A stretch of DNA of 64,000 bases from the human T2T-CHM13v2.0 reference genome, Homo sapiens. The stretch lies in the NCBI RefSeq assembly GCF_009914755.1, contig NC_060934.1; one strand, given 5' to 3'. The notes beneath the pieces were generated by a model that saw only the letters and a program-made list of their open reading frames with translations, was not told the origin of the DNA and ran no database searches. Made by a program: the position numbers and the translations under genes. Position 1 is the stretch's first letter; each line of letters begins with the position of its first letter. Shown piece after piece: positions 14,283 to 29,699 of the stretch.

Positions 14283-16159
14283 GGGGGCACTGCTGAGAGG
14301 CTGAATCATTGAGGTGGATGAGATTACATATGAGAGACCTTCAATGTGACCCAGATCTGTTTTATTTTAAAAAACAGTTATCACTGTCCTCACCACCATC
14401 TCCCTGCTGACCACCACCTTTTTAAATCTCAGCATTGAGGAGAGATTTCTATGGATACATTGGCATTGTCCAGGAGACAGGTGACACAAAAAGACCTGAC
14501 AGATTTCTCCTAGGCAGAGAATTATGTGAGGAGGGTGTTGAATTACATCTAGGAATAGAATAGTCTGCTGGCGCTGCAGCTACAGGGAAATGCCTCACTG
14601 AATATCAGCAGGCACTTTAGATCTATTGCATCTAATGGAATCTTCAGTGTGATTTAAAGAAGTAGATATTCTGATTTGATTCCTGTTATTTTGGTGGTCA
14701 TGGGGAAGGATGGGGAGTGATATTGAGAGGAGAGAGAGAGAGAAAGAAAGGGAAGGAGGGAGGAAGGGAGAAAGAAAAAGAATCTTTGTATTTAAATCAG
14801 TGACAATGGGAGAAAAAAACAAACAACATTCCTGATTTCTTGCTATCATTGAGCATAAATATCATTATTTAACTCTTATAGCTCAGAAAGATAAGCTCCC
14901 AGTCAGCTAGGTTTTAGCTTCTTTGTGAAATGAATGAGCTCCCCTGAAGCTCATCACATGCATTCCTAAATAAGTTTGTAAGGGAACTACAGTTATTCAC
15001 TTGGCCTGTTGAGTTCTTTTCATTTTGCTTTTCGAAAATGGTTCTTAAGTGAAAAGACACATGTTTATTGCCTCCTTCATTCTTTCCCTCCCCTTTTCCC
15101 TCCCTTCCTTCCGCTTTCCTTCAATTTCCCCCTGCTTCTTTTCCTGCTATGAACACTTATTGAATGCTTGTGTTTACAAAGCGTTGAGACAAGTACAAGG
15201 GAGATAGTAATGGTCAGACACAAAGAGCTCCTGGTGCACTCTGTAAAGAAACCCAGATCTGTAGAAAGTTAAAGAAGGACCCATGGAGCAAGAGGCATAT
15301 CAAACAGAACTTAAAGGTGAGTGGCACTTCAGGAGCCAGAGATGCCTCTTAGTGGTGGTGGTGGTGGTGGTCATGGTGGCGTGGTGTTGGGGGAAAGGTT
15401 CTGATGAGGAATGTGCATGAGAAAACTGACAAAGACGTACAGTTCAGGGAGTGATCATGGCTAGGCCATGGTGGCTAGAATAGGAGTGGGTATGCATGGC
15501 ATATCAGGGACCAATTGTGAAGGTGGAGAGCCAGCCTCTGAGTACCTAGGAGCCAAGCTATTCCTCTGGGTACCTGGCCTTGCCGAAGATTTCTGAGTAC
15601 ATAGGAAGCCTGGCCTGCATGGGCATGCAGACATGAGCTCTGTGTGTCTGAATGCACATTAGTACAAGATGTTTACTTGATGTTGCATTTCAGATTAGAT
15701 GGTGAAAATGAATGGATATTATCATTATTATTTCCTTCTAATTACTTCCTTAGTTAAGGTCAAAATAGAGCCAGAGATGATCATTTTTTCCCTTGCATCT
15801 TTGAATGTGCATGCTAAGAAACGCAATGTAGTGGCAAGCTAATCGCTTTCATCCCATCTCACCTAGTCAATTGTACAAAAAACTTGCCGTGTTTCTACTT
15901 TTCCAGACTGTAGAAGAGGGAAGTGCTGGGGGCCTCTGTGTGTGCTGCTGTCAGGTGGGAGCCCTCCCTCTGGCCTCTTTATAACCTGTTTCTGAGATGC
16001 AGAGCTCAAATCCAATGCCATGTCAAGGCACACTGTAAAAGAAGGGCTTTGGGTTTCTGAGCTCCCGTCTAAACAGATCTCTATTTATTGGGATTAATTG
16101 ATCATTAATATTTGCAGTAAAGATATCTTTCAGTGAGAGTCAAGAAACTTGGTAGAAAT

Positions 16160-16350
16160 CGCTGAGGCCTTGAAGCCAGATAGAGGTAGATGAAAGATCT
16201 GTCCTCACTACTCATGCTGTGGGTAACTTCACACAAGTGGCTGAAACCCTCTAGGCTTCAATTTTCTCCTCTCTTGAGAATGTATTATAAGGATAATATG
16301 AGACGGAATGTGTAAAACACATTATAAGTACTCAATAAAAGAGAACGATA
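16160..16350 (+). mobile_element. MIR SINE
   Basis: gaagccagataga...cacaagtggctgaaaccctctaggcttcaattttctcc...taagtactcaataaa. Confidence 0.65.
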
Positions 16351-16938
16351 ATTATTTAACAGTGTTAGCTACAGGGACAGAAATCATGGAGAGTTCAATA
16401 GTACTTTGTTAAGACTGGAAAGATTCTGCACCCTCACAATAGAGTTCGTCAGAGGCCCATGACTGCCTAATGGCACTTTGCAAAGAAAGCTGATAAGCTG
16501 GAGGCAGGTTCCAGCAGTGCCCAGAACTCAGCCAGGTAAAACAGCAATGCTGTGTCTCAGTGACAAACCTCAGTGTCCTCTGGCAATGGTCACATTTGCT
16601 GTTAGCTCCAGCTCTGGTTGCTGTCCTGCCTGGGTTCAGCTCAGCAATCCTTTTGCCCACTGTTGTTTCCAGAAACAAGTCTCAGCTCCATTTCCCAGAA
16701 ACAGTCCTTAGTTGAAGTGAGAGCTTCCAACCCTGCCTCCTCAAGCTCCCCTGCCCTACTCAGCCTTATCAGGGACCTCTGTTTATACAGCTAACCTGCC
16801 CCATTCCCCAGTCTGCTGTCCACACAATTCCCTGGTTCTCCCAGGGGCCTGGTTCTGCGGCTGTCTTTCTTTTTTGATGGTCCCTGCACCTCTCTGTGCA
16901 AGAGCTGACAGAGACTCCAGGCTCCTCTGTGGTCCTCT

Positions 16939-17271
16939 TGTTGCTGGACTTTTTCCTTAGTTCAGCTAAAAACGGGATCCTTGTCACATGACCATGAAAG
17001 ATTAGGCACACAGACACTTCGAAGGGTGAGAAGGGCAGGCTTTATTGGGTGAAAAGGGGAAAAAGGGAAATAGTGACTCTCAGCAAAGCAAGAGTCCTGC
17101 AAGTAGACTTCCTACCTCACAGATTGAAACCCAGGTGACCACCCTGGAACTCGAGAGGCCAGGCGCCTCTCCCCTACAAACGGTCCGAACTTCCCACGGC
17201 TCCACCCCATTCTCCCAGTGTGCAGGCCTGTTGGAGGCTCTCTGGGGATCTCTTTAAACTTGGCTGTCTCA
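16939..17271 (-). mobile_element. MER61-type ERV1 solo LTR
   Basis: On the minus strand it begins TGAGACAGCCAAG and ends ...AGCTGAACTAAGG...GCAACA, with an AATAAA signal. 4-bp TSD ctct at 16935-16938 and 17272-17275. Confidence 0.88.
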
Positions 17272-17516
17272 CTCTCTGTTACCTGGTTGCCTGCTGGCTG
17301 TCAACCCACCTGAACTATTGAGAGATCATGGGACATTCTGAAGGCATTTCTTAATGTTCCTCCTCTGGCCCAGTTTAAATGACATCTTCTCTGCAAACTA
17401 TATTACATAAAGCTTTTTTATTTTAACCTATAGGCTTACTTTTTCTCAAAGAAAAATTGTAACATAACTTCAGGGAAAATTAAAACTGAAAGAATTCTAT
17501 TCGTAATCAAGGTTTG

Positions 17517-17791
<275 letters not shown>

Positions 17792-19079
17792 AATCAAGGT
17801 TTGTATATTTCTTAAAGTTTGGAGCCAAATTATAATTGATTCATTCAGCAAATAACCAAGCATCTACTGTGAGGGACTGTGTATGAGCCAAGTAGGATAA
17901 ATTACTTAATATGAGTGGATGGTGGAGATAAATCATACTTGAAATTGAAAAAAAAAAATACTAGAACAAATCCTGTCTCTTGCTCCTATGTAACCATAAT
18001 CCTTTAATCTTCAAATTAACCATGGTCAAATTCTTAATATCTTTTACCACCTATAAAAAGATTGGTCAGTCTTTGAAAAATTAAACAGACATTTGGGTCC
18101 CAGAGCCTGGGGCATTGAACACATTTTATTCGAAATAGGTTTTGTATGGATGTGTGCCTATTCCATGTAGAAGCAGACATAGCGAGATGGAGATACAGCA
18201 AGGAAGCCCCTTAAAATACACTAGTTCAATGATGAGAAATGCACTTTCTGCAAAAACAGCTTCACAGGTATATAAGTGACAGTTCGGAGTCCTTTGATTG
18301 GTGTTTTTGAAAAGAGAGATTGAGATTAAGAGAATTTGTGCTGATTTCCAATAGCTCTTCTACCTTAAAATATTTTTTATGACAGAGGCTACTTATTACA
18401 ATATTTTCAAATGGGTTATCAAGCATCGCCGTTTTATGGCAATTCCCCTTCGGGTATCCCTGTCCAAATAATGTGCATTTCTACTTGACTAATTCATTTA
18501 GGAGGACAACAGACACCTCAGGGGAGACATTTAAAGTCTTTCTTCAGAAGGACTCCCATGTGTGGTAATGAGAGCATGTTTTCCCCTTTTCTTTCTTCTC
18601 TTCCATTATCTCAGATAACAGGAATTAATTAGTGTCCTACAGTCTTTTACTTTAAACTCCACTTTAAGAGACTCATCTACTAAGTGACTTTGTTGTTTTA
18701 TTATTTTGTTTTGATTTTTCTTATTCTTGAAAACACCAGGGCTGCTTCTAGAATTTCTTGAATAAGCCAAGCCAACAATAGGCACAATGCTGCCTTTTCT
18801 GTGGGTAAATACCCACTCTTCACTAAGGGAAGGGGTGTGGTGCAGACATTGTAGGAAAGTGGTGCTCATTTTCCTTCTGAGCTGATGCACAGTGCCTGCT
18901 GCAGTTTCTAAAAACAGCCTGCTAACATAACAATATACCAACTTCAGGAAAATTAGTGTGGGCTTTCTGTGAACACACCCAGTTGTTGACACACTTTCTA
19001 AAGCAATCCTGTGATTGTACAGTCATGGTGCTAGACAGTGTGATGTCTGTGCGCACCAGCTTGCTTTTCTGCAGTGTTC

Positions 19080-19298
19080 ACTCTATCAAGCTAAAATGGA
19101 GTGCCTATTCAGAACCACGCACTGAGCTGTGTGTTTTAGTGGGTGAAGAAAGGAACTGCTCTTTGCCCTTTAGAAATTTAGAGGGTGACTAGAGTTATAA
19201 AGTAAGGAAGAAATAAATGGATTATAGACCAAATGCAGCCAGCGTCATGGAGAGGTATAGTAAATGTATTAGGGGTGACAAAAATTGTTTTTCAGTTT
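19080..19298 (-). mobile_element. L2 fragment split by the L1 (resumes after about 22800 and at about 23500-23750)
   Basis: L2 antisense text on both sides of the L1, e.g. aagccttatggaataaatgtcatttga after 22800. Confidence 0.45.
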
Positions 19299-19309
19299 AA
19301 AAGAGTCAA

Positions 19310-22300
19310 CAGACTGGTGTCAGCAAGATTTCCCCCATGGCAACATGAAAACAAACAAACAAACCAACAAACAAACAAAACCAGCAACTAGAAACGGACT
19401 AAAATAACTTTGTAGGGACTCGGAAATTGGCAAAGGTATACAGCAACCAAATAAACACCCAATCATGGAAAAGCCACATTCAAAATGATGGGGAGCTTTG
19501 TGGCATTTTCACTTGCCATTGCCCCTTTGCCTTCCCAGTGTCGTTCAGCACAGTATGAGGGAGTTGGTGGCCCAGTCCTCAGCTCCCTTCGGTGAACTGA
19601 AGATTGCAGAGAACTGAGTTTGCAACATCCTAACTTGTCTTCAGGCTGCTTGAGGTGTCACTAACTCAGTGTATAAAAGAGCAAAACTAGATTTGACCGC
19701 AGTCTGAAGGAAGCCATGGGAAGCAGTGGTGATGCCTCATGAAAACTGCAAGGAGCTACAAACGTGAAGACCCCTGAGACAAGAGATTGCCTGCTGAGGA
19801 ATACAATTGAACAGCTAAGGCCCAGAGGAGAAGTAGGGGTGTGACTCTTAGATAAAATAAGACATTTAAAAACTATCATGTATATGAAGAATTGGGGGAA
19901 AAAATGATGCATTCACAGGACCAGGAATATACATGTTCAGAACAGTCCCTCAAGCCTTAAGAGAGGACTTTAAGGCTTTATGTCATACCGATGAGTGAAT
20001 GCCTTCTTCTGCATGGACTATGTGCAGAGACTGGAGAGGTGTCTGTGTCTGTTTTTTGCAAGTACTCTATTTTCTATGAGAGATCAGAGATATACAAAGA
20101 AATATGAATGCATGGTCCATTCAAAGGAAAAAACAAAATCCCCAGAAATAGTCTCTGAAGAAATATAGGCACTGAGCTTACTAGATAAAGACTTTTAAAT
20201 AGCTGACTTAAATTTTCTCAAGGAGCTAAAGAAAAACATGAATGGATGACTAAAATAAATCAGGAATATTATATATGAACAAAATGAGAATATCAACAAA
20301 GAGATAATATATTTTAAAAAGAAGTAAACAAATTATGGAGCTAAAACATACAATAACAACTGAAAATTTCACTAGAAGGGTTCAACAGCAGATTTGAAGA
20401 AACAGAAGAACTAATCATAGAACTTGAAGACAAGTCATTTGACATTATTGAATCTGAAAAAGAAAAAGGAAAAATGAATGAAGAAAAGTGAATGGAGCCT
20501 CAGGGATGTGTGGGCCATTACCAAGGGGACCAATGTATGTACTACAGGAGTCCAAGAAAGAGAAGCAGGAGAGAAAGAGGAAGATATCTTATTTAAAGAA
20601 ATAATGACTGAAAACATACTAAATTTAGGAAAGAAATGAATATACAAATACAAGAAGCTCAGTGAACTCCAAATAGGATAAATTCAGAGAGAGTGTACCT
20701 ATATTAAGACAAATTATAATAAAAGTATTGAATTCAAAGACAAAGAAAGCATCTTGAAAGCAGCAAGAGAAAAGCCAGGTATGATAATTCCTTCTAAGAT
20801 TATCAGCATATTTCTCTTGAGAAACACTGCAGGCCAGAGGGCAGCGGGATGGTGTATTTAATGTGCCGAAAGAAAAAAAAAAGGAAGAAAAAAAACTTAT
20901 CAACCAAGATCTTAAATCCACAGCCTAGCTTTATACTTTAAAAACCTCGAAAAACAGCAAGAAAAAGCTAGCAGAAAGAAATAACAAAGATTGGAGCAGA
21001 TAGACACAAAATAGAGAACAGAAAAAGAATAGAAAAAATATATATAAATGAAACCATGAGTTGGTTCATTGAAATTTTAAATAAAATTGACCAACCTTTA
21101 GCTAGATTAACTATGATTGAGAGAAAAGACTCAACTAAATTCAGAAATGAAAGAGGGAAAAATACTAACACCAATTTTATTGAAATACAAATAATTATAA
21201 GACAGTATTATAAACAATATAACCAACAAATTGGATAATCTAGGGGAAATGGCCAAATTCCTAAAAACATACAACCTACTAAGACTGAATCATAAAGACA
21301 TAGAAAATCTGAATGGACATATAATTATCCAAGACATTGCATCAGTAATGAAGGAGCTCCTGAGAAAGAAAAGCCCAGGAACAGATGGCTTCATGGGTGA
21401 ATAGAATAGAAAGCCAAGAAGTAAACTTTTACATATATGGTTAAATGCTTTTCTACAAAGATACCAAAACCATTAAATGAGAAAATAACAGTCTTTTCAA
21501 AAAATTATATTGGAAAAATTGGATATTCACATGCAAAAAAATTAAGTTAGACCCTTATCTTACACTATAAAACAATTAACTGAAAGTGGATCAAATACTT
21601 AAATGTAAATTTAAAATGCTAAAAATATTAGAAGAAATACAGGGGAAAAGCTTCATGACATTGGATCTGGCAATGATCTTTTGGAAATGACATCAAAGCC
21701 ATAAGCAACAGCAACAAGAAACATAAATTGAACTACATCAAAATTAAAAACTTTCATGCATTAAAGAATGTTATCAATAGAGTGAAAAGGCAACCCATGG
21801 AATGGGAGAAAACATTTGAAAATTACACATCTGATAAGCAGTTAAGGTCCAAAATATATAGAGTTCCTACAACTTGACAATTAAAAAACAACTTGATTTA
21901 AAAAAAGAGCAAATGACTTGAATAGACATTTCTCCAAAGAAAATATCCAAATGGCCAATAAGCACATGAAAAGAAATTCAACATCAACAATCACTAGGGC
22001 AAGGCAAATCAAAAGCATGAAAACATAGTCCCTCACAGTCATGAGGATGGCTAATATGAAAAACAAAGCAAAACAGACAAAACAACAAAACAAAAAACAA
22101 GTTTTGGTGAGAATGTGGAGAAATGACATCCTTGTGCACTGCTGGTAAGGATGTAAAATGGTGCAGCCACTGTGGAATAGTATGTCAGTTCCTCAAAAAA
22201 TTAAAAATAAAACTACTTTATGATCCAGCAATTTCACTTGTAGGTATATACTCGAAATAATTGAAAGCAGGGACTTCAAGAGATATTGATACACTCATGT

Positions 22301-22789
22301 TCATAGCAGCAGTATTCATAATAGCCAAAGGTGCAGTCAATCCAAGAGTCCTTTGATGGATGAATACATGAACAAAATATGGTATATATACACAATGGAA
22401 TATTGTTCAGCCTTAAAAAGGAAGAAAATTCGAACACATGCTACAGCATGAATGCATCTTGAAGACATTATGCTAAGTAAAACAAACCTGTCCAAAAAGG
22501 TCAAATACTGAATGGCTCTCCTTATATGAGGTACCAAAAGTAATCAAATTCATAGAGACAAAGAGTGGAATGTTGGTTGCCAAGGGATGTGTATAGAGGG
22601 AAATGGGGAGTTATTGTTTGACAGTTACAGATATTCAGTTTGGGATGATGAAAAAGTTCTGGAAATGATACTGATAATGGTCACACAACAATGTACTTAA
22701 TACCACTGAAGAGTATACTTAAAAATGGTTAAATAAGAAATTTAACATAATGTATATTATACTACAATAAAAAATAGTAAAGTTTTTTG
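19310..22789 (+). mobile_element. L1MB-like LINE with both ends and two large internal deletions
   Basis: Putative 5' region, ORF1 remnant (about 20100-20920), ORF2 pieces (about 20925-21400 and 21400-22300), and an L1MB-type 3' UTR (cagtttgggatgatgaaaaagttctggaaatg...caataaaaaa). Degenerate TSD aaaagagtcaa/aaaagaatcaa. Confidence 0.85.
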
Positions 22790-24514
22790 AAAAGAATCAA
22801 AATAAGCCTTATGGAATAAATGTCATTTGACACGTGAGTTCCGAGTTCATCCAGTTAATTCATCCAGACTTTCCCTTTTGGAAAGGATGGATGACAAGTC
22901 TGGCACTACTTCTGGGCCAGGGTGAACAGCAGAATCTGAGTATAAAACCACATGTGAACTAGTGCTGCAGAAGCTGATGTTCAAAAAGGTCCATAAAATC
23001 AAAAGGGAGGCCAAGTGTGGGGATTCCATATGGAGAACCATGAGGACTGATGGCAAAGATCCCCAGAATGCACCAGGAGAATAAGAAGGAGAACAAGAAC
23101 CTCAACTGTGACCTGAGACATGGGAATACCAAATCCACACAAGGAGTTAAGGGAGGAAATGTCAAGTAGGGTCTCACGAGCAGAGTTGGGTTCCAGAAGA
23201 AAGAACATGACCAACGCAGTGAGATGAGAAATAGGTTTATTGAGATACATAATAATAATAATGCCAACATAGACCACTAAGGGCTTTAATGTATATGAGC
23301 ACAGGGACCCATTAACTGGATTGTATTATTATCCCTTTTGCCATTGGTAATTTTCCTATTATGTGTCCGAGCAAGTATTTGAACCCAAAGACCTCAGAGC
23401 CCATGCCCTTGACCACTTATGCTATAGAGAGAGAATTAGCTGAGTATAACACAAAACATGAAGTCATTTGAATCACATTTTAGAGGGCTGACCTTCAGAT
23501 GGTGGCATTTACTGGGCCTTGTGGAACCTTGATGTTTTTTAGCAGGCAAGAGATGAGAACAGAAATTACTCTGGGAAGACAATTTGGCAACACAGAAATG
23601 AAATAATTTGATGAATGTCAAGGCTGAAATTAGGGAGATCAGTTAGGGAACATAGAGGAATAAGGCATAAACCGAGGGGACAGGAATGGAATGTGTGGAC
23701 TCAAAAACCTTTGAGGAAGTTGAATCAAGTGGATTTAGCTACTAATTAGCTGAACAGTGCCAGGACTCCGGGAGAGTCTGCAATGACTCTGGGACATCTG
23801 AAACTATGGTGAGGCCAAGTGTGCAATGATGTAAGCAGGGATAAGGAAAACAGGACTACTCTGTGGTGGTTGGAATTAATTGTCAGAAATCCCCAATCAA
23901 ATCCCCTCTGGGATTTGAAGAATACATTTTTAAGATGCATAATTAGTCTGAAAGTAATAACATGAATCCTAAAATGCTTACGAATCCCTTTACTACCATG
24001 GATACTAAGCTCTTTAATAGGGCACAAGAACCTCTGTTAACTGGGTGAGATTTAGGAGTTCAGCAATCACAAGACAGCTCCAGCTATTTGAGATTATGCT
24101 GAGTGTTGGCTTGTGTCACTCTTGAAAATTACTTTGAAGTCTTTTAGACTTATCCTATTATATCCTTTTATATGCCACGCCAGTTGAAACTTGGAAATAA
24201 TTAAAAACAATAGACAAGAACCTGCTAATCTTTTATGGTATTCTTCTATTTAGGAAATAATTGATTGGGCGAAGTGGATTACATTTCAATATTCAGACAG
24301 GCTCCTTTTGTTATTACTTTTGACTCTATCTGCTTTTTAAATTACCTTGCCTATTTTGAAAGCACAGTACAGTTTTCTTATGTTTCTCTTTTTGGTGCAA
24401 GACAATGTAGAAAGGCTCATGGTGTAAAGGTGAAGGATATCCACTATCCAATTTAATATCCTTACATGACTAACATTTTTAGAGAAATAGTCCTTTGAAA
24501 TTAATAGGAGGTGA

Positions 24515-24690
24515 TGTGACAGTGGAAAAAAATGTAAAAATCAATCAGACTTGATTTTCAATACTGGTGCTGGCACTTAAGAGCTTTGGGATTTTGGAAA
24601 TTGAATTAAATAATTGATCCTCAATTTCTTTGTCTGAAATATAGGAATAAAAATACCTTTAACTCAGGGTTATTATGAGGTTTGGTACAT
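24515..24690 (+). mobile_element. MIR SINE
   Basis: cctcaatttctttgtctgaaatataggaataaaaatacc...cagggttattatgagg. Confidence 0.65.
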
Positions 24691-24701
24691 ACGTATATTT
24701 A

Positions 24702-25397
<696 letters not shown>

Positions 25398-25529
25398 CCT
25401 TACCATTTAAAAAACGTGTTCTGTCCTGCCCTAAGAAAGAATGCCTAATGTTTTTGAGGTTCATCTGCTATGATAAATGAAAGAAGCCAAACTCGAAAGA
25501 TTGCGTATTGCAGGATTTCATTCATAAGA

Positions 25530-25790
25530 AAGGTAAAAAATTCACAAATTTAATTAGGACACAAAGTAGATTAGTGGTTGTCTAGGATTGGGTAGTGGGG
25601 TTGATAATGGCAATTTACAAGTATAAGGTTTATTTTCTTTTTGCAGTGGGAAATATCTTAACATTAGATTTGTGGTAATGGTTGCACCACTCTGTAAATG
25701 TACTAATAATCATTGAATTGCACACATTCAACAGGTGATGTTTAAGCTATAGTAATTACATCCCCAAAAAGTCATTTTAAAATAAAAAGG
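25530..25790 (+). mobile_element. Old L1 (L1MB/ME) 3' end
   Basis: aaagtagattagtggttgtctagg...ggtaatggttgcaccactctgtaaatgtactaa. Confidence 0.75.
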
Positions 25791-25934
25791 ATGATATTTC
25801 TGTATACTAAGCTGACTATCCTAAGTAAAATAATTGGTGCTTATGAAAAAAAGAAACATTATTTGTGCTTTGGGGTTAAGGAAGTCTCTCCTGTATTTGT
25901 CTTTAAATATTTCTTTTTGTGTGTTGACCATTTT

Positions 25935-26310
25935 TTTGGTAATAACTCCCCAAATCAGAGTGGTATATGAGAATCATTTTCTCATTTACATTACATATTG
26001 GCATCTATTCAGGTCTGTTTGTGTTTTGCCAGCCCCACTCTGCTCTGATTAGCTCTGGTCCACACGTATTCATACAGCCCGTGCATGGCACATGCTTATT
26101 CTCATGGCACAAGAGAAAACTAAGCCAAACCTATTAGCACTTAAAGCTTCTGCACAGATATACCCTGTTTCATAGCTGCTTCCGTGTCATTGGCTAACGC
26201 AGCTCACATGGTCAAGCCTAGTGCTGATGGAAGTAAACTTGCACTTCTACCATGGAGTGAGGGGATTATGAATATTTCTGAACAATAATACAATGAGACA
26301 ATCTACCAGT
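25935..26310 (-). mobile_element. MLT1 (ERVL-MaLR) LTR fragment
   Basis: aactccccaaatcagagtgg; cattggctaacgcagctcacatggtcaagcc; aatctacca. Confidence 0.6.
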
Positions 26311-27097
26311 GTTGGAGGACGATTTGGCTAACATCCTGACTTGAGCTTAATCCTCTATCAGTGCTTCCCATCCCTTCTACTCTCTTACTATCCAAAGTAT
26401 ATCTCATCTTCCTCTTTTCCCACTGGGATTTACTGTAAACCCTTTTCTCCTCCACCATGAAAAACTCTGCCAAGGAGCTTGCTGTCATTCCCAGCTACCA
26501 TCTCATGCCTTCCATTTCTTGTACTGCCAGACTTCACAATTATGACCAATTGGTGTCCTTACTATTTCTCTATCATACATTGTTTTTATTTCTCTATCAT
26601 ATTTAACTGCGTTATGACTTGAAACTTCTCAATCCATTGGATTTACTCTTTCTAAAGCCTCTAATGGCCTTAGTTGCCAAATCCATGACATTTCTTCAGC
26701 CATTATTTATTTTGATGGTAGTCATATTTGTACCGTGAACTCATAAAGTGCAGCGTGTCTGATCCCCCTTATTTGCCAGGTTCCACATTCTTCTCCCCCA
26801 CACTTCCTTCCTGTGTGATCTGGTATAGTCCCAGGTTTTACTTTCTGAGAGTGTGACTCCCATATTAACATGTTTATTTCTGGCTTTCTTAAGTAAGAAA
26901 TTAAAGGGTCAAAATGATTACTCTATTTAATTAATCATTCATTTACATATTAACATTGCTAATCTGTTTTTGAACAGGATGGAAACAGAAAACACTTCTC
27001 TGGGAAATTTAAAGGTAATCTTAGGTTTAATAATTCTATTCATAAATATTACTGTATGTAGTTGAAATTAGTTCACAAATTATAAATTACAATTCTA

Positions 27098-27479
<382 letters not shown>

Positions 27480-27944
27480 TTAAAACCAAACATATACAAA
27501 TAGGAAATATTAGGGATTATACGTGTAGAATTAGATGTGCTCTGTGAAAAAAAAAATCCACATGTAGAATTATGCAAAATACTTGGGCAAATGTAAATAT
27601 ACCACAACTGTTTTTATTAAATCACTATTTTTAGTTATCATGTTGTCTTTATGAGCATTGAGCACACTTAGTAGAAAGGCTGCCACACTGTGTTTAGCCT
27701 TGTCATCCTGGAACAAGATTTTTCATCTTGAATAGTCTGATACCAAGACTGAACCCATCTACTGCAAAGACCTGTGTTCTGGGAACGCAAAGAATATTCT
27801 GACCCCCTTTTCCAGTATTGAGCTGAAATCACAAAGATTTTGTGGTATAGTGATAAGAGCTGTAAGATTTGGGTTTCTATTCCTGGCACTAACCTTGGAG
27901 CACGGGGACTTGGGAGAGGTGTGGTGTAGGGAAACAGGCAAGGT

Positions 27945-28139
27945 CAGTGCTACACAGAGTGTGATTCTTGGATAGGCACCATCAAAGGGACCACGGAGCT
28001 TGGTAGAAATACGCATTTCTAGGTTTCACCCAGACCCACCCAGACCTGCTATATCAGAGTCTTAGGGTTGAGGGCCAGCCGCCTATTATAACCAGCTATC
28101 TTGATGTTTCAAGTGCTTATTAAAGTTTAGGAAGCACAG
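27945..28139. mobile_element. MER5A/B (hAT-Charlie)
   Basis: cagtgctacacagagtgtg...gagcttggtagaaat...cccagacctgct...aaagtttaggaagcac. Confidence 0.7.
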
Positions 28140-29699
28140 GGATAGTCATCTCTACTTAGGCAATGAGGTTTTGTTAATCTTCATAGAGGTGCAATTATGG
28201 GAGGAAAATGGTAGTGAGTAGGAGATTGTGGTTGATAATGATGTACCTACAGGATTACAGTGTGGGGGCAAATGAGAGAGAGTCATAAATACAGAGTCTG
28301 AGTGAACCAAAATGAGCCTTGGAGGGAGTAAATCTTACTGTAGACAAGCATCAAGTTTACCAACCAGCACAGATCCTACAATCTTGCAAGGATGCAAGAA
28401 TTTTCTTAAATGGGTTAACAAGTAACTTCAGTTCAAAAAATTCCAACATTCAAAGTTTCTGTCCAGGAAAGGCAGGGCAGATGGGCCCAAACAGATGAAA
28501 AAAAGTAATTTGATGTGGGGGATTTCTAGGAATATATGCACTCCCTACTTGTCCATGCAGAACCTTATTCAGAGACCAGCCTGGCCTTTGCTAGAGAACT
28601 GGACTTCAAAATTGAAAGGGACTAACACAATGATGATGCTTTTATTATGGAAAAGAAAACATGATTTGCATACAGAGTCAGGTGAGTGCAGTGGTGACTG
28701 GGTCTCCCAGATGGAGGCCAGCTCTTCCTTCTGCCCTTTAAAGGGTCCAGCAACTTCTGACTTTGAGCTCTCAAAGCAGCTTCCTTGCTTGGTCATCTCA
28801 AACTCCGTGGACCTTTGTAGAACTGAGAAAATAATCTGGCTTTCAAATGGTAATTCTTGTATGTTTTCATAAAGATGTTGGTGATGATGACATGATGTTG
28901 CTGATGATGTAAAGTAGGCAATGCTAGTAGTAGATGTAGTAGGTGTTTCCCCTCTGTTTAATGTAGATGGCTTCCCAGAAAATTGCAATGTAGCTTTTCA
29001 CATTTCACACACAAACACACACACGCCAGGCCCTATTCCCCTTTTAAAAAGGTTTTCCTCTCTGTCACTAACGGAGATTTCCTAGAATCACAACTTGGGT
29101 TGGAAAGGAGGGACATCACCAGTTGCTCAAGTTTAGTTCATGGGAAATAATCTCTGGCTACCCCAGCACCTGAGCGTCCTGGTGGATTTCATGACTGTAT
29201 GCATTGCTCTTGATTTGCCTGCTAGTGTATGGGCACAAACAAGGGTTTGGAATTTAGAAATGGCAACAAATCTGCCTTTTAACTCTTATGACTACTTCTA
29301 AGAAAATTAAAGAAAATGCTATATGCATTAGATTTTAATTTGCTTTTCATATTCAGAGACCATCTGGAAATGTAATTATAGTTCAAACTTTTAATCTCCA
29401 GTGCCTAGACAAGCTTTTTAAAATTGTATTTGAATCTGTAAACAGACACGCTGGTTTTTTCTATAATGGCTTATTTGTTTTGCAATAAAACAGTGTAATG
29501 ATTTAAAACAGGGTCGCATACCTGCCCATTCCCACCTGGACTGACACTTAGAATCTGGGATACATATGGATATTTAGTGAATGAGCCAAATCCCTGTTTT
29601 TCATTCCTGACTTTTAAGTACACTTTGTGTACTACAGTGGGTGAGACGTTAAGTTTCAGAATTAATCTAAGATGGTTCTGAACCCAGGTATCACCACAT

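Noticed and set aside
16939-17271. p53 site in the MER61 LTR
   Set aside because: Some MER61 subfamilies carry p53 elements, but I see no RRRCWWGYYY pair in this copy.
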